A stretch of DNA of 64,000 nucleotides from a virus (Duplodnaviria > Caudoviricetes): positions 1 to 64,000 of the IMG/VR virus record IMGVR_UViG_3300038530_002083; one strand, written 5' to 3'. Of this stretch, positions 56,969 through 64,000 are shown piece by piece. The notes under the pieces are model-generated. The model worked only from the letters and a program-made list of their open reading frames with translations, searched no databases and was not told the DNA's origin. Positions within the stretch are counted from its first letter, which is position 1, and each line of letters starts with the position of its first letter. Made by a program: the position numbers and the translations under genes.

Positions 56969-57198
56969 AGATAATCACTCATTGTTGTAGGCATGGATAG
57001 ACCTTCAGTTAATGCTGAATGTGCATAGTCTTTATTGATATAAGAATCAGATTCTCGCATCTTATGTTTACAAGAATGGCACATATCCTCCATCTCTCCT
57101 GTTCTTACAAAGACTTCAGGTTTACTTTCATCATACGTATATTTATACGCTAGTCGTTCTGTATCGGTTAGTATACGATCACAGCTAACACATCTCAT
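56965..57198 (-). CDS. small zinc-finger protein
   Basis: CVSC...CHSC, AAGGA RBS. Confidence 0.6.
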   Translation of the reverse strand: MRCVSCDRILTDTERLAYKYTYDESKPEVFVRTGEMEDMCHSCKHKMRESDSYINKDYAHSALTEGLSMPTTMSDYL

Positions 57199-57236
57199 AT
57201 TTAATTCCTTAGTTATTTTCTTAACCTTATATGTAC

Positions 57237-57265
57237 ATTATTACATGGATATCCTATCTTGTCAA
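57237..57265 (-). promoter_or_regulatory. sigma70-type promoter
   Basis: TTGACA-N17-AATAAT with extended TG. Confidence 0.55.
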
Positions 57266-57299
57266 TAGTTTTATGCAATTAATTTGAATTTATTTTCAT

Positions 57300-57775
57300 A
57301 TTCCTTTAAACTAATGTATATTAGGCTGTATTGTATTAGATATATTTCTATTACGAAGTAATAAAGATCTCTAATTAGAGTATTCTTTAATAGATTATCT
57401 TCTTAGATTCAAATTCTAGATAGATCTACCCTATACCCCAACAACCTTAAAAAGGAAACTTTATAATCAGTTTTATGTCGAGTGTATAGGGATAGTTCTT
57501 CTAGAAAAAGAATCTAAGAAACATCGTAGTGATTATCTTCTTGAGTTCATTATTCTGAGCTTTCCACCTTCTGCATTAGGAGAAGGAATTGTTGCTACGG
57601 TTTATATTATCATCAGCCGTAGTAGAGTTACTTTTCATCGTCTAATAAGAAACGATAGGCTATTCGCACCTAACTCTAGGAGACTTGCTCTCCTCTACCC
57701 AGTGCTACACCACCATTGCTATCTTGTGGTACGTTATAGAGAGGACGATAGGTAGTCCCAAACCTCTCACGCTTA
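57300..57775 (-). ncRNA. candidate large structured non-coding RNA (or RNA-primed origin)
   Basis: No ORF of 60+ aa, dedicated promoter, many nested stems with G-U pairs favouring the minus strand; 3' end uncertain. Confidence 0.5.
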
Positions 57776-57780
57776 CTTAC

Positions 57781-57810
57781 ATAATAACACGACATTATAC
57801 TTGTTGTCAA
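57781..57810 (-). promoter_or_regulatory. sigma70-type promoter (leftward)
   Basis: TTGACA-N18-TATTAT with extended TG. Confidence 0.65.
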
Positions 57811-57854
57811 ACAATAATTCACTGTACCCTCATTAATTAATCATAAAATAATGT

Positions 57855-57882
57855 TTGACAAACAAATTATATGTAGTACAAT
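57855..57882 (+). promoter_or_regulatory. sigma70-type promoter (rightward, divergent)
   Basis: TTGACA-N16-TACAAT. Confidence 0.65.
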
Positions 57883-57913
57883 GTATAAAACAGAGGATGA
57901 TAAGGAGAATAAA

Positions 57914-58258
57914 GTGTCACCATTAGATAAACTATATGAAGCCTATGTACAAGACTGCCCAGACAACCCCTACAACGAGCTAGACTTCTCTATAGAGCTA
58001 AATCAGAGTCAAGCAGATATGATGTATAAGGATTGGGAGAAGTACCGTCAGACGTTCACATGGGGGAGATCCTTAGATGCACAAGGTAATTATTTAGAAG
58101 AACCACAAAGAATTAAACTTTGCAATATATCAGACGATCATCTAGAATCTTTAATACTTTGGACAGTTAGAGATTATGAACCTTATATTCATGTTGCTTT
58201 TTGTCGGGAGTTAGGATATCGTAGAGAAAATAATATTTATGTGGAGGAGTACAAATAA
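57914..58258 (+). CDS. hypothetical protein
   Basis: TAAGGAG RBS before GTG 57914. Confidence 0.65.
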   Translation: MSPLDKLYEAYVQDCPDNPYNELDFSIELNQSQADMMYKDWEKYRQTFTWGRSLDAQGNYLEEPQRIKLCNISDDHLESLILWTVRDYEPYIHVAFCRELGYRRENNIYVEEYK

Positions 58259-58398
58259 TGTATGATATTTTAATTAATGCAGGATATAATCATTATGAAG
58301 CTTGTTACTTTATTGAGGAACATACAGGAGCAAGTAAACTTAGCCCTAAAGAGGAGGTATTTGATATGATTAATTGTGAGAGTTTTTGGTATGAGTAG
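58258..58398 (+). CDS. small hypothetical protein (46 aa)
   Basis: GGAGGAG RBS, TAATG coupling; stop overlaps the start region of 58391. Confidence 0.55.
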   Translation: MYDILINAGYNHYEACYFIEEHTGASKLSPKEEVFDMINCESFWYE

Positions 58399-59164
58399 GT
58401 TACTATTATCAGCGGATTTAAAGGGGGTAGGTAAACTTTTAGATGGTTCTATCCAAAGCAGCTATTGGTTAGGTTTTTTGTTAGCAGATGGCAGTTTTAG
58501 TTGTAAAGGTACTCGTATAAAGTTGGCGTTAGGCGATAAAGACCAAGGTACTGTTAAAGATTTTGTAGAGTACCTTGGTAAAAAATATACAACACCTCAC
58601 TGTGGTGCTTTTATGAGTAAAGATTATGTACCTAAGATTGCGGAAATACTGGGATATGAAGAGGGGAAACCGAAAACATATAACCCACCTACTGTGAATT
58701 TCGAAGACGTTATGGACAAGGAACAACTTATAGCATTTTACATAGGGTTTATAGACGGTGACGGTTGTATAAGAAGACAACCTAAAAGAGCTACAACATC
58801 TATAACTATTAAACTCCATAGATCTTGGTGTAATTTTTTACAAAACTTAGTAGATTTTTTATATGATTTTTATGAAGCTGGCGTACCACCTAATGCAAAA
58901 ATAAATAACGCAGGTTATGCAAGTGTATGTATAGGAAATTTCAATGTATGCAAAGGTCTAAAAGTATTTAGTAATAAACTAAATGTTATGAAAAGGAAGT
59001 GGGATATAATAGATGAAGATTTGTTACTTAAAGGTGAAGAATATAGTATTTTTTGTTATAAAGTTAAAAAATTAAATGAATATAACGTCAGTATTAAAGA
59101 TATATCGGACGTTTTAGATTGTGGGTATCAATCAGTAGTAAGAGTTCTTGCAGGAGGGTATTAA
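58391..59164 (+). CDS. free-standing double-motif LAGLIDADG homing endonuclease
   Basis: YWLGFLLADGSF and FYIGFIDGDGCI. Confidence 0.85.
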   Translation: MSRLLLSADLKGVGKLLDGSIQSSYWLGFLLADGSFSCKGTRIKLALGDKDQGTVKDFVEYLGKKYTTPHCGAFMSKDYVPKIAEILGYEEGKPKTYNPPTVNFEDVMDKEQLIAFYIGFIDGDGCIRRQPKRATTSITIKLHRSWCNFLQNLVDFLYDFYEAGVPPNAKINNAGYASVCIGNFNVCKGLKVFSNKLNVMKRKWDIIDEDLLLKGEEYSIFCYKVKKLNEYNVSIKDISDVLDCGYQSVVRVLAGGY

Positions 59165-59195
59165 AATTTCTAGATTACTATTATCAGCGGATTTA
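58400..59195 (+). repeat. 21-nt perfect direct repeat (58400-58420, 59175-59195) flanking the LAGLIDADG gene
   Basis: TTACTATTATCAGCGGATTTA twice, both read as LLLSADL. Confidence 0.95.
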
Positions 59196-59696
59196 CATCT
59201 TGGACATAATAATATACACAAGTATCGGGCTGTTTTTGCTGATGCAGATGAACACCATAATACTATTTTTGAAAACTTAGCGACAACTGTAAGAAAAAGT
59301 GATACTTTATACTTGTTAGGGGATGTTGCTTTTGACCATTACTGGTTAGATAAAATTAAGAGTATTAATTGTCGGCATAAGAAACTTATTTGCGGAAACC
59401 ATGATACTGAACGTGGAATTACTATGCGACACTTAGTAGATGTATATGATAGTATACATGCATTATACTGTAAGAGAAATTATTGGTTTAGTCATTGCCC
59501 TATACATTTTCAAGAGATGAGAGGTCGTAATGGATGTATACATGGGCACTTGCATAATAGGATAGTTGAAGAACTTCACCACGACGAATACACAGATGAA
59601 GTATATTGGACAACAAAAGATAAAAGATATATTAACGTATGTCTAGAACATACAGGTTATAAACCTATTACTTTTGAGGAGGTAATTAATAAATGA
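59166..59696 (+). CDS. calcineurin-like metallophosphoesterase (start uncertain, probably ATT 59166)
   Basis: SADLHLGH, LGD, GNHD, SHCP, HGHLH. Confidence 0.85.
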   Translation: MSRLLLSADLHLGHNNIHKYRAVFADADEHHNTIFENLATTVRKSDTLYLLGDVAFDHYWLDKIKSINCRHKKLICGNHDTERGITMRHLVDVYDSIHALYCKRNYWFSHCPIHFQEMRGRNGCIHGHLHNRIVEELHHDEYTDEVYWTTKDKRYINVCLEHTGYKPITFEEVINK

Positions 59697-59875
59697 AATA
59701 TATTAAAGCAGAAATTATTGTTTACGTAGAGGATTCATGGTATGATTCAGAATCTGTAGAAGAAAAGGAGTGGTTTTACTCTGTGCTAGAAGATGCATCA
59801 TCGTTGTTTATACCAGACGTAGGTGATACTATACCTTGTGATGTAACAAAATTAGAGGAGATAGAAAATGTTTAA
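59693..59875 (+). CDS. hypothetical protein
   Basis: GAGGAGG RBS. Confidence 0.6.
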   Translation: MKYIKAEIIVYVEDSWYDSESVEEKEWFYSVLEDASSLFIPDVGDTIPCDVTKLEEIENV

Positions 59876-60248
59876 AGAAAATAGACCATCAGATACAACT
59901 TGTAACGATACACCTCTTGTATGGGGAGGAACACCAGATAGTGATAATTATCGTATGGAAGAATCCTCATGGGAGCTTAACCCTGTATCAGATGAGGTTA
60001 CACAAGCATACTATGATCAGATTCAAGCTAAAACTTGTCGAAAAGGGTTGATCTCTGTCTTAAAACACATGGCAGACAATAATATCAATATTTCAGGTAC
60101 TAGAGGTTACGTATATAGTAGTTCAGGACAAGCTAAAGTTGTGGAAAATTATAACCCATACCACCCTAACCATCTTACAAGAGGCATGGGTATTAGACAT
60201 AAAATGATGGAAATTTATGAAAGGGAGATTATTGATGGCAAGCGCTAA
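59868..60248 (+). CDS. hypothetical protein
   Basis: GAGGAG RBS. Confidence 0.6.
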   Translation: MFKENRPSDTTCNDTPLVWGGTPDSDNYRMEESSWELNPVSDEVTQAYYDQIQAKTCRKGLISVLKHMADNNINISGTRGYVYSSSGQAKVVENYNPYHPNHLTRGMGIRHKMMEIYEREIIDGKR

Positions 60249-60834
60249 TACAAAAAGGAAACCTAAAGAAGAAATAGAGGGTAACGAGTTATATAATACC
60301 CCTGAAATTGCTTTAGAATCTTTCTATGACCAGTACGGTTATGTATTTGATGATTATAAAAAGTATTATGACCCTTGTAATGGTTTAGGGAAGATTTCAA
60401 ATTTCCTAAAAAGCATTGGTAAAGAGTGTATTACTTCGGATATAGTAGATTACGGTTGTCAAGACTCTGTACAAGACTTCCTGACTTTAGATAGATTACC
60501 TGAAGGGGTTGACTGTGTGGTTATGAACCCACCATTTACATTAACTGAAGCTTTTATAGACAAGTTTTATGAGCTTGCGTCTAAAGAGGAGTCACCTATT
60601 ACGCTTCTTATGTTTAATAGGATGACTACAATAGAATCTAACAGTAGAAGCCGAAAACTCAAATATGGAGAATGGCATATGGAAAATATGTTTCAGTTTG
60701 GTTTCAGGGTAAGCTGTACTAAAGGGGTAAATGAAGAACCTACGGCAAACTCTGTAGCATACGCTTGGTTTGAATTTATTAAGGATGACTTCGAGTACGA
60801 TTACGCTCCATCACTACATTGGATAACAAAATGA
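60235..60834 (+). CDS. DNA amino-methyltransferase (probably N6-adenine)
   Basis: YNTP, YDPCNGLG (motif I), DFL, VMNPPF (motif IV), YAWF. Confidence 0.85.
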   Translation: MASANTKRKPKEEIEGNELYNTPEIALESFYDQYGYVFDDYKKYYDPCNGLGKISNFLKSIGKECITSDIVDYGCQDSVQDFLTLDRLPEGVDCVVMNPPFTLTEAFIDKFYELASKEESPITLLMFNRMTTIESNSRSRKLKYGEWHMENMFQFGFRVSCTKGVNEEPTANSVAYAWFEFIKDDFEYDYAPSLHWITK

Positions 60835-61094
60835 TAGAACAAGATTTTGAAGAGAAAGTGTACCAAATGAGAGATCGGTTATCTGAAATAACAGGATGTC
60901 AGGTACAAGTAAAACCATTAGGTACAAAAAGATTGGTTAAGTTATTTAGGGTAGAAATAATTATCCCTATACCTAACCATCCTATAGGAAACTTAGTGGA
61001 ATCCTTTGACTTATACCAGTGTATTAGAGGAAGAGTTTACTGGGATAGAGCAAGGGATATTAATGAAAATTTGTACATGAAAGATATTAATTAA
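60831..61094 (+). CDS. hypothetical protein
   Basis: ATGA-coupled. Confidence 0.55.
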   Translation: MIEQDFEEKVYQMRDRLSEITGCQVQVKPLGTKRLVKLFRVEIIIPIPNHPIGNLVESFDLYQCIRGRVYWDRARDINENLYMKDIN

Positions 61095-61104
61095 GGAGAA
61101 CATT

Positions 61105-61335
61105 ATGTCAACCTACCGTTTTACAAATGTTAGTGAACTATTGTCAGAGATTGATGAATTTCTATCAGACGCTATTGAAGAAGCTGTTGATGAAGTAGCA
61201 GAAGATAAAGATGAGATTATAGATAGTCTTGAAGAAGAGATCAGAGACCTTCGTGATCAATTATCTGACTTAGAGGATTTAAACAACGAATTATCTGAAC
61301 AAGTTTGTTTCTATAAGGATTGGAAGGATGAATAA
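61105..61335 (+). CDS. highly acidic coiled-coil protein
   Basis: TAAGGAG RBS, D/E-rich heptads. Confidence 0.6.
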   Translation: MSTYRFTNVSELLSEIDEFLSDAIEEAVDEVAEDKDEIIDSLEEEIRDLRDQLSDLEDLNNELSEQVCFYKDWKDE

Positions 61336-61619
61336 AAATAAAGCTAGGGTACTATTGAACAAACTTAGAGAACGCTTGGCAGAAGAATTCCCTTATGATA
61401 AACTCACAAAAGAAGAACAAGACTTGTTTGATTCTATAGATGAATTTGTTATGAACTTCGAGGATGAACTTTAATGGAAGGTATAATATGGTACGTAGTG
61501 GGGGTTATTTTTATTGCGTTTATATTAGGGAATATCGTAGGAGCTTTTTATATAGTTAAGGTTAAGTGGGATGATTTCTGTAAGTTCATGTTTAGTAGAA
61601 GTAGTAGAGAGGAGGATAC

Positions 61620-62888
61620 GTGAGTAATAATTCCGTAGAACAAGATTTAGCGTTAAAATATATTTTGTCAGGAGAAAATGTACTGATTACAGGGTCGGGG
61701 GGTGTAGGGAAGAGTCATATCATCAAACAGATACTAGACCCTAACACTTTATTATGTGCGCCTACAGGGATAGCAGCGTTGAATATAGGAGGTGCTACTT
61801 GTCATAGAACTTTCGGACTACCATTAGGAGTCCCGACCATACAGGACTTTATGACAGCAAGCCGTAAAGTACAAGATTTGTTTAACCCTTTCTCACCTAT
61901 TAAGCGAATTGTAATAGATGAGTGTAGTATGCTTCGTATGGATCAATTAGAACTTATCAATTCTAAGCTTCAGATGATCCGTGGTAACAAAAAACCTTAC
62001 GGTGGTTTACAGCTTGTATTAGTAGGTGATTATTTTCAATTAGACTCTGTTATTACCTCTTATGAAGAGAAAGCGTACTACAGTCAATACTCTTCTCCTT
62101 TTAATTTTAAGAGTGATATCTTTGATTTTAAAGTTGTAGAGCTTACCACTGTATTCCGTCAGGAGGATAAGAGACAAGTTGATATGCTTAATAGTATTAG
62201 ACGTAAGGACAAATACTACAAATATGCACTCGACGCTATTGTAGCTGAAGCTTTACCCTATGAGCCTTCTCCTGATGTAACGGTTATGTGTTGTTACAAA
62301 GCAGATGTAAGGAAGTATAACAGACGTTACTTTAAGATGCTGGATACCCCTATCTTTGAGTTTAATGCTAAGATAGAGAATGTATTAACAGAAGATAAAT
62401 GGAATGATAGTGCTGTCCCTCATAAAATTGAGTTACGTGAAGGGTGTAAGGTGATGTTTAAAGCTAATGACTTACATGGTGAATACGTTAATGGAGAAAA
62501 AGGCACTGTCTCTTATGTAGATAACATTATGGTAAGAGTTATCAAGGATAGTGGACAGGAAGTAGATGTTCATTTAAACACTTGGGATAAATACGAGTAT
62601 AAGAATAAATTTGGTGTATTAGAGAAAGAGGTTATTAGCCGTTTTACTCAGATACCTTTAGAATTGTCCTATGCCCAGTCTATACACTCTAGCCAAGGAT
62701 TGACGCTTAACGAGGTAGCTATAGATTTCGGTAAAGGGACGTTTTCCCATGGGCAATCTTATGTTGCATTGAGTCGCTGTAAAGACCTCAGAAGGGTATC
62801 TTTTGTTAGACCACCTACATACGAAGATATTGTGGTACATAAAGACGTTAAAGAATTTTATAGGAGAATTAAAAATGAAACTAAATGA
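61620..62888 (+). CDS. SF1B helicase (Pif1/RecD/Dda-like)
   Basis: GSGGVGKS, APTGIAA, IDECSM, GDYFQL, FRQ, SIHSSQG, YVALSR. Confidence 0.92.
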   Translation: MSNNSVEQDLALKYILSGENVLITGSGGVGKSHIIKQILDPNTLLCAPTGIAALNIGGATCHRTFGLPLGVPTIQDFMTASRKVQDLFNPFSPIKRIVIDECSMLRMDQLELINSKLQMIRGNKKPYGGLQLVLVGDYFQLDSVITSYEEKAYYSQYSSPFNFKSDIFDFKVVELTTVFRQEDKRQVDMLNSIRRKDKYYKYALDAIVAEALPYEPSPDVTVMCCYKADVRKYNRRYFKMLDTPIFEFNAKIENVLTEDKWNDSAVPHKIELREGCKVMFKANDLHGEYVNGEKGTVSYVDNIMVRVIKDSGQEVDVHLNTWDKYEYKNKFGVLEKEVISRFTQIPLELSYAQSIHSSQGLTLNEVAIDFGKGTFSHGQSYVALSRCKDLRRVSFVRPPTYEDIVVHKDVKEFYRRIKNETK

Positions 62889-63072
62889 GTGTGAGGGTTA
62901 TGAAGATTGGATGGAAGGGCATATTACCGAAGTACCTTTTACTTATTATAATACACTACTAGAAATTACACTCTACATAGCTTGGGACGAAACAGGTGCA
63001 GATATCATTAGGGCTTCTACCTCCTCACAAGAGGTAATAACTGCACTAAAAGGTTATGCAGAAAGCCTTTAA
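62875..63072 (+). CDS. hypothetical protein
   Basis: AGGAG RBS before ATG 62875. Confidence 0.55.
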   Translation: MKLNECEGYEDWMEGHITEVPFTYYNTLLEITLYIAWDETGADIIRASTSSQEVITALKGYAESL

Positions 63073-63125
63073 CGTTCACTTTTAACCTCTTGTATATTTT
63101 AGATGAACATAATAGGAGAATGAAC

Positions 63126-63383
63126 ATGGCTAAATTTAAAAAGACTGCTAATAAAAAAGCTACCCTTACCAAATACAGTATGTTGCATTTTGGTCGATAC
63201 AAGGGTAGAACTTGCGAAGAAGTGTGTTATGAAGACCCAGACTATATGATATGGTTATCGAGAGAATCTAGTACACAGTTTGATAATGATTTAATGATCC
63301 TAGTGGAAGAATGTCTTTCTTGGAAGAATAACTGGGATTTTGAGGAATATGAGAAGGATATGTTTTATGCGGATGTTAGCTAA
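63126..63383 (+). CDS. small FGxYKG-motif protein (DUF3820/ExoX C-terminal-like)
   Basis: HFGRYKG...DPDYMIW; AGGAG RBS. Confidence 0.6.
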   Translation: MAKFKKTANKKATLTKYSMLHFGRYKGRTCEEVCYEDPDYMIWLSRESSTQFDNDLMILVEECLSWKNNWDFEEYEKDMFYADVS

Positions 63384-64000
63384 ATTTATTCATGGTAGTC
63401 ATCTATACCAACTAAATACACCTGAATCAGACCAAGACTTTAAAGGTATCTATATGCCAAGCCTTAAAGATATGGTATTAGGTAAGGTAAAAGATACTGT
63501 AGATTTTTCCACCAATAAAAGTAACGAGAAGAATAGTAGCGATGATACTGACTATGAAGTGTATAGCATTCAAAAGTTTGTACAGTTGTTATCTAAAGGA
63601 GAAATGGTAACATTCGATATGTTATTTGCCCCAGAATCTGCTGTAACCTACTATGACGAGTTTGGTAACATGATCAGTAGCGAACTTGCAGAAGAGATCG
63701 GACATCCTGTTTACAGACTACGTAACGAGTTTTATGATTTATTCATACACAAAGATATGAAAGCTTATTTTGGGTACTGTCGTAGACAGGCTGCTAAATA
63801 TGGTGTTAAAGGGAGTAGATTAGATAGCCTTTACTTAGTAAGGTCTGCTTATGATAGCTATTCCCGTAAAGATGATGATAGACTAGAAAAAATTAAAAGT
63901 CTACTCCCTGTTAATGAGTTTCTTAAAAAAGAAGAAGACTATTATGAAGTCCTAAGTAAAAAACACCAATGGACTACACACTTATCAGAGTTTATTGAAA
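63367..64000 (+). CDS. nucleotidyltransferase (DNA pol beta superfamily), truncated by window end
   Basis: MRMLAKFIHGSHLYQLNTPESDQDFKGIY (GS..DxD); open to window end. Confidence 0.85.
   Translation, partial: MRMLAKFIHGSHLYQLNTPESDQDFKGIYMPSLKDMVLGKVKDTVDFSTNKSNEKNSSDDTDYEVYSIQKFVQLLSKGEMVTFDMLFAPESAVTYYDEFGNMISSELAEEIGHPVYRLRNEFYDLFIHKDMKAYFGYCRRQAAKYGVKGSRLDSLYLVRSAYDSYSRKDDDRLEKIKSLLPVNEFLKKEEDYYEVLSKKHQWTTHLSEFIE

Noticed and set aside
57300-57775. tmRNA, RNase P RNA or CRISPR array
   Set aside because: No tRNA-like ends or tag frame, no RNase P P4 signature recognised, no regular repeat-spacer pattern
58391-59164. Intein or group I intron in the phosphoesterase
   Set aside because: In-frame stop with frame change, no Cys/Ser...His-Asn ends, no P/Q/R/S elements or non-coding space
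1480-63202. Many short opposite-strand ORFs in the track (e.g. 2458..2973, 17081..17473, 21033..21455, 24379..24747, 47931..48338)
   Set aside because: They lie antisense to well-supported genes, with no motifs or RBS

Overview
64 kb of an AT-rich lytic dsDNA myovirus genome; no integrase or repressor was seen. The host is not determinable here, though spanins and sigma70-type promoters imply a Gram-negative. 1-21.4 kb (+): replication and nucleotide metabolism (SSB-like, 5'-3' exonuclease, dNMP kinase, HD hydrolase, two MazG-like enzymes, glutaredoxin, ThyX, intron-split NrdA, NrdB) plus accessory ORFs. 21.5-57.2 kb (-): lysis cassette, tail fibres, baseplate, tape measure, frameshifted chaperone, tube/sheath, neck, capsid, portal, intron-split TerL, a giant Ig/PKD-repeat protein, a candidate TerS and tRNA-CAT. 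57.9-64 kb (+): phosphoesterase, adenine MTase, Pif1/RecD-like helicase, nucleotidyltransferase. Most notable: (1) an intact CheY-like receiver gene inside the lysis cassette; (2) a ~470-nt promoter-driven, highly structured candidate ncRNA at the divergence point; (3) a free-standing LAGLIDADG endonuclease carrying the first 10 codons of a phosphoesterase, whose duplicate 5' end seems to start at ATT; (4) two group I introns with exact splice sites (nrdA; terL Walker A); (5) a dispersed intergenic element, a GGA/anti-SD-rich structured leader and an endolysin-replacement scar. All product calls come from motif recognition by eye; no database search was run.
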